A DNA stretch of 64,000 nt, taken from positions 5,270,001 to 5,334,000 of the forward strand of contig CP075497.1 in assembly GCA_021613535.1 (NCBI GenBank). Reading direction: 5' to 3'. The notes under the pieces were generated by a model that was given only the letters and a program-made list of their open reading frames with translations, did not search any database and had not been told where the DNA came from. This stretch comes from Adineta vaga. Taxonomy: Eukaryota > Animalia > Rotifera. Shown here piece by piece: positions 40,469 through 51,991 of the stretch; the stretch's first letter is position 1, and each line of letters opens with the position of its first letter. Both the position numbers and the translations under genes were made by a program.

Positions 40469-41533
40469 TTAGTGTGATTTGCAAGTATTTTCGCATTCTA
40501 TTTTGGTAGCAAAGTTATTTTGATTACCCTTACAACCTCCATAAACAAAAGGTTCACAAGTTTTTACTAGTGCATTATAACGAAAACGTTTCAAATATGC
40601 TTTACATGGACCAGTGACTTTTGGTTGTTTACAGATAACTAAAATGAAATGATATAATATTTTTCTTCAACTTGAAATACAAATGAAAGTAAATTACTGT
40701 TTGGATCAGTTATTTTCTTATCTTTTCCTTTTTTCGATGTTGTATCGCAACGAGTTCCAAATGTTCCATCAGTTTTCTTCTCAATAAAACATCGTTGATG
40801 AGGTCCACATAGTATTGGCTACAAAAGTACAAAATCTATAACAGACAAATTTTTCGACAAAATTCTTACTTTTCCTGGTGGATTACACGGATCATTACAT
40901 TTACAAATTTCACAACCATCCAATTTTTGAAAACCATATGGACATACTTTTGTTTTACCAGAACATTTCACTGGTTTACATACTTTTTTATCATTCAATT
41001 GTGTTGAAGCAACCGAAGGAATTTCACCAACTATAGACAATCTTTGTTAGATATCAATGACAATAAACGTTTTACAATCGATTACCTCGAATAACAGGAA
41101 CATCAACCATTGGTGATGATTTTTCAAGATTAGCTTGTGCTCGAACATCATTAATAAATTGGAGTTTATGATCAGGACTAGTGATTCGAACAGATACTGA
41201 ATAAGTATGACCAGCTTTGACCACCGATGGATCATATGCAATTTTAAATGAAATAGGAAACTTAGTTGCATCGGTAATAGTTATCGTTGAAATCAACTTG
41301 GCAGCTACATCCATTAGACTAACATCTTGTAATTTAACTTCAATTTTTGAATTTTTCTCAATATGATTGACGCCATCATGTGTGATTTTTCCAGTTACAA
41401 ATCGATCAGCAGCAGCAGCAGTATCTAAAATATACGAAGGATTAATTTGAAAGTACTTTCAATTACATTTCTTACTTTTAATCGTATAGATTAAAACTAT
41501 ACTAATAAGTGTGAAAGATAATAGACGAAACAT
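40469..41533 (-). CDS. Secreted YbaY/YscW-like + antistasin-like + Kunitz protease inhibitor (5 coding exons)
   Basis: Signal exon MFRLLSFTLISIVLIYTIK; exon 41424-41086 with VKLQDVSLMD...FPISFKIAYDP...YSVSVRI...KLQFIND; CPYGFQKLDGCEICKCNDPC; Kunitz CKQPKVTGPCKA...FVYGGCKGNQNNF...C...C. Confidence 0.88.
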
Positions 41534-41937
41534 CTAGAAGAGATAAAGTATATATATATATATGTATATGATAAGATTATGTTTCAGAAGTGACTGTTCA
41601 TCGAAACGATGTGCGTATTAACATTCTTGCGTTCTTTATCAATCGATTGTTTTCGTATTAGAATGATCTTATTTCACTAGACGATATGATTTGATTTATT
41701 CTATGTAAGATCTTTGTTCTCATGACAAAGAAGAAGAAGAACAATCTACAGATTATCAAAAACGAATAGTTAATAGCAAGATATCTACGGTCTGAAAAAT
41801 ATAAAACGAAAATTAATAGATGATTATTTTTTTATATAGAGAATTAAAATTAAAATTAAAATTAATAATTATTAAATGATTGCTATGACACGCAGGAATA
41901 TCGAACTGTATAATTTATTTATTTGAATGAAGATTGA

Positions 41938-42613
41938 TCAAGTTTTTATGCAGGTTTTTTCACAGCCATTTTTAGTATTAAAATTATTCTTATTACCACC
42001 ACATCCTCCATAAGTGAATGTATCGCAAGTTTTTGTAGCTGAATTGTAGTAAAATCGTGGATGAGCTGCTCTACAAGGACCAGTTTCTTTGGGTAATTGA
42101 CAATCTAGTTAAATTAGAATAAGATATGTCTTCGAAAAGAAATTAATAAAATTACCTTTTGCATCGTGTTTATCATCTTTATCACCTTTATCACCCTTGT
42201 TTCCTTTTTTTTGTGCTACATCACATCGAGTTCCAAATGTTCCATCGGCTTTCTTTTCGACATGACACCGTTCATTACGTGCACAAAGTTTTGCCTAACA
42301 AGATACAAAATAAATCATGTCTATATAAAAGAAAACAATAACGAATTCACTACTTTTCCTTGTGGATTACATGGATCATGACATTTACAAATATCACAAC
42401 CATTCTTCTTCTGATAACCGTATGGACATGTTTTCGTTTTACCATGACAATTAACTGGTGCACATCCTTTTTCACCAGCAGCAACAGGTTTTTTCACTGC
42501 AGCACCTGAAAATAAAGAATATTATACAGTTTAAAAGATCAATGTGTTCGTTTACTTTCAATAGCACAAACAAGTGCGAGAGCGATGAGAATTAATGAAG
42601 ATACTTGAACCAT
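41938..42613 (-). CDS. Secreted antistasin-like + Kunitz protease inhibitor (4 coding exons), tandem paralog of the previous gene
   Basis: MVQVSSLILIALALVCAIE; CPYGYQKKNGCDICKCHDPC; CQLPKETGPCRA...FTYGGCGGNKNNF; intron positions and phases shared with the paralog. Confidence 0.9.
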
Positions 42614-43407
42614 CTAAATAAATAAATCAAACATTTTTTACTATAGATCTGATTATACTGATAGAAGGACGTCTACACTAAATAACTTTTCTTCTTTTTT
42701 TTCTATCCGGCTTTATATAGTTATATTTATTTCTCAGTTAGATGTACAAAACGACATGTAAACATGTAAATTGAGATTGTATTTTATTCTCAAGGTTAAC
42801 TTTTTAATTGATAACTTATCTATCTTTCAATAACAAAATAAGAAGAAATACTAGGTCAATTGTTGTTGCTCATATAGAAATGAAATCAATAGCTTTGTTA
42901 AAACACAGAAATACATGACATACCACAAATGATACGAAGTATTACATTACATAATGATTAGTTTTTTTTCTGATAAGCGAGCTATAACCTAGAAGTTTCA
43001 CCTAGATGAACATATAATCTGTTTTCTTTATAAATCTTCAATAGATTTCCAAATTTTGCAAAAATCTTATTTACTGTTTCTATTCGTTTGAGTCGTTTTC
43101 ATTTTCGTCATTCGAATAATATTATGCTAATATATCAATCATCTATTTGTCAAAACATTGAGCGGCCTCTAATTTTTCCGTTCTTTATTGGCGCATTCTA
43201 ACAGATCCAACAGAATCCACAGTTGATCGACACGCACGCATACTATACTACATTTATATATTTTACAGTTAAATTACACAGTAATGAATAAAAATACGAT
43301 AAGAAAAATGCACCAAATACAATCTGCTCATTGATGCATGCCGAATCGATATGCTCATATTTATTAGTCATCTGTATGATCTGATTTGAACATTTTCTAG
43401 ATTAATC

Positions 43408-45085
43408 ATGAAATTAACAATAAATCTGCTCTATTTTTGTACTCTTTTGGTTGTCATTGGGGCTCCACCAGTTAATGAAAATGCTAAACGAGGAAAAGCA
43501 CGACCACCTTCTAATGTTAACGAAGATTCTGATGATGTGGTACGTAGAGAAAATCTTGTTTTTTTTTATATAAATATTTGTTCTGTTCCGTTTTTAGTTA
43601 GATAGTCTTGAATATGGCCGATATTTAAAAGAAGTTGTAGAAATCTTAGAAAGTGATCCAAATTTTAAAAAGAAACTTGAAAAAGCTTCACCGGATGATA
43701 TTAAAGTATGTTGTTTAACAGGGATTAAATAAATCTTTTCGAAATAAAACTTGTTTTAGTCGGGAAATATTGCTGAACATTTAAGTCTCGTTCAACATCA
43801 TATTCGTACACAACTTGATGAAGCAAAACAACGAGAAATGTCTCGATTAAGAGATTTAGTTGGAAGAAAAATTCGTAATTTAAGTGGTAATAATTGATCT
43901 GTCAAATAATCAACAATCTTTGTTTTTTAAATCTTCATTTATATTTCCTATAGAAAAACAACGTCTTGCACTTTCTCGAGCGAATCTAAATGGAAAACGA
44001 ATACAACAATTTCTTCCTCAACATATCGATCATGAAACTTCAGATACATTCAATGAAGCTGATCTTGAACGTTTAATTCGACATGCATCGAAAGATCTTG
44101 ATGAAATCGATCGTAAACGTGAACAAGAATTTAAAGAATATGAGATGCAAAAAGAATATCAACGACGAATTAAATTAGCTGTAAGTTTGTGTTTATCGGT
44201 CAACGATTGTATCATTTTCGTTACTTTTTTTTGTTATTTTTTGAAGAAACTTACTGCTGAAGAACGACGACGATTAGAACAATTACATCGTGAAACATTA
44301 GAAAAGAAGAAACGTCATCGTCAAGTGAACCATCCGGGAAGTGTAGATCAAATGGAAGAAGTTTGGAAAAAAGTGGATAAATTAGACGCAAATCAATTTA
44401 CACCGAAATCATTTTTTAAATTACATGATATTAATGGTGATAATCTTCTTGATGAAGGAGAAATTGAAGCAATTATGTTGAAAGAGGTTTCAAGAAAGAA
44501 AATCTGATTTAAATTTGAATTTTATGTGAATATTTCGATGATTCTAGGCAGCAAAAATCCATGAAGATACGCCCGACGGAGATCCTGTTGAAGAAGAAGA
44601 AGAAATGGATCGAATGCGTGAACATGTGATGAAAGAATTTGATAAAAATAATGATCGAATGTTATCATTAGATGAATTCGAACGTGGTATTAATGGAAAA
44701 GAAGCGAAAAACGATCAAGGTTGGAAAGTAAGATATTTGCAGTGAAATTTTTCTTTTTGCAAAATCTTGTGTATGTTTTAGTCAATTGAAGATAATCCAG
44801 TTTTTTCGGATCAAGAATTTCAACGTTTCTCAGAAAAAATGGCTCCTGTATCGACTGTAATTTAGCATGAAAAGAAACCAATTCATTTATTAAAACTTTC
44901 CTTTCTTTTAGCCCATTCCGCTTCGTCAAACTTCTTCACCTGCAAATAATCCACAACCACCAGTAGTATCGGAAGCAACAGTTCGTCCATCGTCATCATC
45001 ATCCATCATTGTACAAGGTCAACAAATACCACAACAAGAACAAAAGCCTGTTCCTCCTGTTCTACCAGTAGCAATCAAACAATAG
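43408..45085 (+). CDS. NUCB2: Nucleobindin (secreted EF-hand Ca-binding protein)
   Basis: Signal peptide; LEYGRYLKEVVEILESDPNF, HHIRTQLDEAKQREM, EFKEYEMQKE, VNHPGSVDQMEEVW, EF hands DINGDNLLDEGE and DKNNDRMLSLDE. Confidence 0.93.
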
Positions 45086-45436
45086 ATAAATTCGTTTTCT
45101 AAACAACAAAACAAATCAGTATTCAGCAATTTGCTGTCAAGATTCAATTCTCTTTCTATTCCATCATGTATTTTTTCCTGATCAGAATCTCTTATGCTCT
45201 TTATTTAATTTATTTTGTTTTGTAATTAATCCGTCATCTGAAATATTATACAAAATAATAAAAATCAAAATTTCGGTGTCATTGTATATCGTGAAACAAT
45301 GAGAAAATTATAAAATCAATCATTCTGTTTCTTTTTCTACGATATATTTATTGGAATGGAGAAAAATTACAATAACTAATCAATAATAACATTTAAAAAA
45401 TGTGTTTCTAAAAGGAAAACAATAGTTTCACTTATA

Positions 45437-46408
45437 TCACAACAAAGCCTCACCAAAAGTTGCTCGAATAAGACTGCATCCAACAGTTACTGTATCTTCA
45501 CATTGATTACCGATAGCTGGATTAACTTCTACCATATCTAATCCAACTAATCGTCCGGTTGTATATAAAGCTTCACATATGAAATGTCCTTCACGAAAAG
45601 TTAATCCTCCACGAACAGGAGTACCCGTACTTCCAGCAACAGATGGATCAAGAGCATCAATATCGAATGAAAGATGTATTGGCGATTGACCATCTTCATC
45701 TTGGGATAAATATTCAACAACCATATCCATAACTCGACCAATTCCATATTTATCAACTTCATGCATTGAAAAAGCTTTAATATTATATTGTTTTAAGATT
45801 TTCTTTTCATCCTTATCAACATCACGTAGACCGATATAGACAAGATTTTCTGGTTTTAAACAAGGTGTAATCCATTCTAATCCTTCTATTGTTTCTTTAA
45901 CAAGACCAGTAAGAAATGAAACAGGCATTCCATGTAAATTACCACTTTCTGTTGTTTCTGGTGTATTAATATCAGCATGAGCATCAACCCAAATTACTTT
46001 GATATCTCGTCCTAAACGTTCTTTAATACCTTTTGAAATACCACTAATGGTTCCAATAGCCATCGAATGATCACCACCAATTTGTAATGCTAATCGACCT
46101 TCTTTTACATGATTATAAACTTGATTTGTAAGAATTTTATTCACAGTTCCAACCGTTCGTGGGCGTTTGATAATACCAATTGGTTGATCCGATTCGGGAA
46201 AGAATTCTTTATAATCATGAATTTTATTATCTGTTAATATCACATTATAATCCATAGCTTCAAGTTGTTGAATAAGATTTGCTTTCAAAACAAATTCCGG
46301 TCCCTTATCAACTCCTTCTCTTGGTTGTCCACCACTAAATGCCACACAAGTCACGCCAATATCTCTTTTACTAAAATATTTCCATTCAGGTAAACTGTTT
46401 GAAACCAT
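45437..46408 (-). CDS. Arginase, intronless, fungal-type
   Basis: 323-aa ORF with GGDHSMAIG, WVDAHADINTP, SGNLHGMP, SFDIDALDP, TGTPVRGGLTFREG, VEVNP Mn-binding motifs. Confidence 0.95.
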   Translation of the reverse strand: MVSNSLPEWKYFSKRDIGVTCVAFSGGQPREGVDKGPEFVLKANLIQQLEAMDYNVILTDNKIHDYKEFFPESDQPIGIIKRPRTVGTVNKILTNQVYNHVKEGRLALQIGGDHSMAIGTISGISKGIKERLGRDIKVIWVDAHADINTPETTESGNLHGMPVSFLTGLVKETIEGLEWITPCLKPENLVYIGLRDVDKDEKKILKQYNIKAFSMHEVDKYGIGRVMDMVVEYLSQDEDGQSPIHLSFDIDALDPSVAGSTGTPVRGGLTFREGHFICEALYTTGRLVGLDMVEVNPAIGNQCEDTVTVGCSLIRATFGEALL

Positions 46409-47023
46409 ATCGTTTTTATTATAGAAGAAATACGTTCGTCCGATAAGCGTCTATATTCGAATAATCAAATATTAACAAGCAATTTCGTTTTATATGTATA
46501 ATCGAAAATTCAATTTTACTTCTAATACACTGATATTTTTCTCACAGGGGCGTGTCACGTGAGAACAAGCAACATATGTTATTTCTCTTTCAAAAAAAAA
46601 CTCGATTTAATAATCAAGTTTTCTTTATCATTTTCAAAAAGTACGCACTTTTATTTCTATTGTACGTTAATACACACAAGAAAGATGAATATAGAATTAC
46701 AATAAACAAAACTTTTAAGTCAAACGTATTCCTTTTACAAATCTTATCTATTAATATCCAAATATTCACATGTTACTCTATTTATTCGAAACAACCGATT
46801 GTTCTATCAACAAGTGATTCTACGTTTTTGGTTTGAAAATATTTTTCATTTAGCAAAAAAAAACCTTGACATGTGTTTTTCTATGTGAAGTATCTCAAAT
46901 GTTCTTTATTGACAGTTATTCTTCTTTTTTTTCGCATATACGATGGTTATATTCAACATAATCGATTTGAAAAAGAAAAATAATGAAAAAAAAAGTTATT
47001 GAAGAAAATTCCAATGATTGTTT

Positions 47024-48430
47024 TCAATCTCTTTCGAAAAGTCTGACACTTAATCTTGCTTGATTGACCATAACATTTTTTCTTCGTGTAAAAGATGAAA
47101 AAAATGCATTGAGTTCATGGCGAAATTTTGATGCACCAAAACAATAAACAAAAAAATTGATCTACAAAAGAACAAAACCAAACAATTATAGATCAATTGT
47201 TCTCTATCCATAATAAACTTACTGCATGGCTAGTAAATTGTATACATAAAAGTATTCCTAGAACAATATATTTCAATGGTTTTCGATCTTTTAAATAATT
47301 TCGTAGAAAAACATTATAAATCATCACGGGTGTTGTTAAGAAAACGAATAAAAATGTGACAGATAAAAGTATGTATGTTAATTGCCGTTGTTTACGTTGA
47401 CGATTATTTGAATTTCTCATTGTTGTTGTTCGACAATCTGCAACTGATAATGATCGTTGTTTATGAGTTGATAATAATGATCGACGAATAATAAAACAAT
47501 TTGAAACAAGCATGATTGAAAAAGGAATAAAATTATAAATAATCACATGAATTTTTTCCCATTTTGGAAATATATAATGTCGATCATTTATACGTGCATA
47601 ACAGACATAACATGTACGTTTACCAAACGGAGTACAATGAGGTTGACGATAACCATTTAAAAAAAGTAAATGAAGATTTAATGAAATAATTATGATTGTT
47701 ATAATTATAATAATATAAGTTGAACGATCCGCTCGACCTAATTGTCGATTCCAAAAGAGAAAATGTATATTTAAACAACGATCAACACTAACTAATGTTA
47801 AATACCAAGATGAAAGTTGTAAACTAACAAATGCAATAAATGAAATTAAACGACATGTAAATGTTGATGCATCTTCAAGATCATTTTGATAAGGATTTAT
47901 TAAATGTTTATAGAATAAATTCAAATTCCACGAATATAATGAACACAGATCGGCTGATGCAACTGCAGTTAAATATCGCATGGTTGTATATTGACGTAGA
48001 TTAGCACGAAGAAGAATAATTATTGTTAACATATTTCCTATCAATTAGAAATGAAAATTTCGAGAGAAATTCTTGCTCTTATTTGTTTGATTTACACTCA
48101 CCAATAGTTCCGACGATGATTAATAGAAGTGCATAGATTGCTGCACCATACAGAAGTGGATGACGATGAACGGCATTGTTTTGTGAAGAGGAGAAGAATA
48201 TCTCCGTATTATTTGATATAGAAGACGGTAATGATGGTCCAAGAAGGAACGAATAATTTGGAGAGAATATATCCGTTTCGGCCGTTAAAGAAAGTATAGG
48301 GAGATAATCATCAAAATTGTCGAATTCGTTGTCCTATATATATATGGAAAATAATAGTATTTTTTTGATTAAAGATATTGATAAATTATGTAGAACAAAA
48401 GCTACAATAAGATTTTATAGATTTTACCAT
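47024..48430 (-). CDS. Class A (rhodopsin-like) GPCR, peptide-receptor-like
   Basis: ATG|GT first coding exon at 48430-48428; GTIGNMLT (TM1), LTAVASAD (TM2), VSVDRC (TM3), FIPFSIM (TM5), FLTTP (TM6), SHAINFFVY...KFRHEL (TM7/H8). Confidence 0.88.
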
Positions 48431-50595
48431 ATTTTCTTTTTAGTCAAATGAATTTTGTCTGATTGATATTTTTCCGATAAGAAATTTGTTAATAAATAAA
48501 TCATATGTAAAGAAAATCTCTTATGAAACTATTTGTTTCTATTAATCATGTATTAAATTGATCGTCTATTTTGGTTTCTAGAACAGAATATATTTTTCTT
48601 TTCTTTTCTTTCTCTATTTTCATCTGACATCAAACTTAATCTTCATAGCAGAAAATTGCATGTCTAATGAACCGTACATCTCATTTCGGTCAAATTCCTA
48701 ATTCTAAAAAAATAATATCACGTACGTTCTTCATTGACACTAATATTTAATCTTGAATTGATAAACCAGATTCTGATGAGTTGTATAGTTGATAGATTTG
48801 TTGTCCTTTACTTTTCCAAGACTAACTGAGTACTCTGCCTTTATTGTTTGCTTTTTATCCCCTGGAGAACTGTAGACATTTTCTTGTTCACAAACTTGTC
48901 CAAAATGAAAACCTTATGTGTTGTTAAAGAACATGATTTTGATTGATCTTTCTTCATTAGATAAACCTGCTGTGAATGATAATGATACCAATCTGAAACA
49001 ATATGTCCATGAATATTCTTTTCTCAAAGCAATTGTTTTAATTGCTTACTATTGTCTTTTTTTCTATCAGATTATTTCGAGATAAGAGATTATCTTAGAT
49101 TGGTAAGAGAGAACAGAATACGTGTATTGCTTCTGTTTTTACTGATAATATCAACAAAACGTGTAGATGTAATATGCTCCTTTGTATACTCAATTTACGC
49201 CCGTCAATGAATTAAAGAAAGATCAGAGTAGTAGGAAATCTTTTTTTGTTTTTCTTCCAATCTTTCCTTCGCGTACATACTTAAAGGCTGCTTGTACTTA
49301 CGCATCATTGAAACAAACAAAACCTAAAGTTTTCTGATAGATTATTTGTATATATATATATATATGTGTAAGGAGTTTTTGTAAAAAAGAAACAACAGGT
49401 GTTTGATTTCGATTAAAGATTTCTCTTGAGAATGTTCAAGAGAAAGAAATTTGATTTTAGACAAACTTATTTTTATTTCTATTGAAGGAAAGAATATATT
49501 ACAAAGGAATCTCGATGTTTTTTTTAGGAACGAGACATAACATGTGATTTGTTCGAGGTAGATCTAATAATAATCTATTTCTGATGATTGTTAATCAACT
49601 GGAAAGAAAAGAGATGGCTTATCGTAACAAAACATAGATCAAATAAATATAGAAAATACATTTCAAGTACGACAAACATCGATACAATGTTCTTTTAGAT
49701 TACAGAGTATATCTTACTAACTTTAAATATAAATTCATTTAGTATTCAATTGTAGAATATTGAAATGAATATCTATATTCAGATTGACTTATGTTTACAG
49801 TATTAATACTAATGTTAATTCATATTAATTCTCATGATAATACAACATTCTGAGGGATATGTCTTACATACATCCATTTAATCAATCTCTGAAAATTACA
49901 TCGACTTGCATGTCTACGAAAACCTATTGGAAAGTAGAAGAGAAAATGTGCAGATAAACGAAGCGACAGAGAGTAAAAAGTATTGAATATTTGATTTCTA
50001 AAAGTTCCTACCTTCATTTAAAAATGAAACAAATGTTTTGAAGTATTGTATAGAGCAAAAAAAACTCATTTCTCTAATGATAATTCAGAAGTGGATTATT
50101 TTTCACAAGTGAACGCATGAACTATAAAACAATTCATGTAAATATCTAGATGATTTAGTTCAAGTAAGAATATTATGCACATTGAATATACATCTTAAGA
50201 TATGTCCTTGGAAGTTGTTTTTAGAAAGTAGATTATTTATGATGATATTCTTATAATAGAATAAATGAACGATTATTAATACAAATTTGTCATATGTCAT
50301 TTCGAATATGTTTATATTTTTGAATTGATATTTGTAAGTAAAATTCAATGTGAAATCCTTTTTTCAGTGTATATTTATTTGTAAACGAATCTTTTCAAAA
50401 TGTTTTTGTTTTCTTCGTCGATAAATCAAACAATTAATATGAAAAATGAAAACAAATACAAAAGTAAAGAATCTTATCTAAATGACTAATCGATTGATGT
50501 GTCAAATACTCATCAAACTATCCTAGGTTTGAACACAATTCTCATACGTTTGTTTAGAAATTAGAAAAGAATGAAGAGAAAAAATGATAACACAT

Positions 50596-50944
50596 TTAAT
50601 TGATACTGGTGGAAGATGATGATGATTGGGACAGAGGAGAAACAGGTGTTGGAGATGATGAAAGAGCAGTACGACGAGCATGTTCACGTTTCATAGCGTC
50701 TTTAACATAGGAACTAAATTAAGAAAATCAAACGTTATGATTGAGAAAATGAAAAAAAGACATACTAATCGTTGTAAGTAGGTTGACCTTTCCATTGCGC
50801 AAGCAAATCATATTTATATTGGAGATAGAATAGTGTATAGAATGTTAAACCAAGACAAAGAGGAATTTGAGGACGATCCGCGAAAAGCCATTCAACAAAT
50901 CTACGACCACGAAAAGCAAAAAGAGCTTCTTTAAATAAACCCAT
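50596..50944 (-). CDS. 98-aa microprotein, SMIM4/UQCC5 (Sloth1)-like; exons 50944-50766 and 50713-50596
   Basis: Spliced ORF MGLFKEALFAFRGRRFVEWLFADRPQIPLCLGLTFYTLFYLQYKYDLLAQWKGQPTYNDYSYVKDAMKREHARR...; 52-nt GT-AG intron keeps the frame open; GQPTYND..Y...A..R...RR resembles recalled SMIM4 GQETFYDVYRRKASERQYQRR. Confidence 0.65.
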
Positions 50945-50955
50945 TGATAATATAT

Positions 50956-51263
50956 TTATTCTTGCTTCTTTTCAAGCACTTCTCGTCGAGCACGAGCAGT
51001 ACGATTCCAACCAATAATCTGTGGTCTAAAAATGAATCATTCATTTTATTTCATTTTCGTATCTTATTATTTTGAATCTGTATTTACCTTATATATTCTA
51101 ATGGTACTAATAAATAAAAACAAGCTGACCAAGTTGCAACAAGAAAAAAAGCAGTTGTTAATGAAACCGATCCACCCGAAGGAGCAAATATTCGTCGTGT
51201 TCGAACTTGTAGTGGTTTAACAGAAAATGGATCGTATCCTGGAGTCGATGATTGTGTATTCAT
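50956..51263 (-). CDS. 81-aa microprotein, Brawnin/C12orf73/UQCC6 (Sloth2)-like; exons 51263-51088 and 51025-50956
   Basis: PSGGSVSLTTAFFLVATWSACFYLLVPLEYIRPQI aligns without gaps to recalled Brawnin PAGVPMSTYLKMFAASLLAMCAGAEVVHRYYRPDL (9/35 identities including P.G and Y.RP); 62-nt phase-2 intron. Confidence 0.7.
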
Positions 51264-51529
51264 TCACTTGTTTTCTTTTCTTTATCGTCAACAACAGGTG
51301 GCGATAAATAAGGAATACGAACACCTAATAAATAACGACGACGATCAGATGGTGCAACTAATGCTGGACTAGAAAAACAAGAATAAATTCATTTATATAT
51401 ATATATATATATTTGTTGAAGAACGCACTTTTGTTGAATTGACCACCAAGATATATGAATACCAATTAAAAGAGCTGTGATAGTAACGATAGGTGAAAGA
51501 CGTGTTCTATAAAATTTCAAAAATCCCAT
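51260..51529 (-). CDS. 69-aa single-TM microprotein resembling the MKKS uORF product uMKKS1; exons 51529-51429 and 51368-51260
   Basis: MGFLKFYRTRLSPIVTITALLIGIHISWWSIQQNPALVAP...; basic N-terminus, TM and IH..W..I...P motif as in recalled uMKKS1 (LIHLGWYRIKSSP); 60-nt phase-2 intron. Confidence 0.65.
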
Positions 51530-51707
51530 TCAATCGAAAGACAAGAGCTTTATCTACAATATTAACAAGGTAGAGCACCAGAATCTTCTCAAATATTTAT
51601 TAGATGATGAGCAAAAAAAAGTGATTCACAATAGATGGAAAGAATTTTTAGTTTGATTATGTTCTTATTGTCAAGTCATGAAAAAAAGAAGAAGAAGTTA
51701 TCGAAGA

Positions 51708-51991
51708 TTATTTGCCCAACTTCATTGGACCTTTACCACCTGCTTTCTTCTTTGCTTCTAAAAACAAATAGAGAATATTAACAGTCGAAAAAGACTCTTT
51801 TCAATTACCCTCAAGTTTCTTTTGTTCTTCTCGTTGTTTTTCCTTAAATGCTTTATCATCATCATCCATTTCGCGATCTTCCTTTTTCGGATTTTTCCTA
51901 TAAAAATCAATATGAAATCATTTTAAAAGTAGAATTACAAACAAAAATTGATTTACAATGGTTTCAATTTTCCACCTTGACGTCCCGACAT
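51708..51991 (-). CDS. TMA7: Translation machinery-associated protein 7 (3 exons)
   Basis: Spliced [57 protein letters not shown]. Confidence 0.93.

Noticed and set aside
49060-49105. Cluster of GATA motifs upstream of the GPCR
   Set aside because: GATA hexamers are frequent by chance at this AT content.
50596-51263. Single longer membrane protein or frameshifted pseudogene spanning ORF2 and ORF3
   Set aside because: A clean TAA is followed by a new ATG, and each part resembles a separate known microprotein; an assembly error is not formally excluded.
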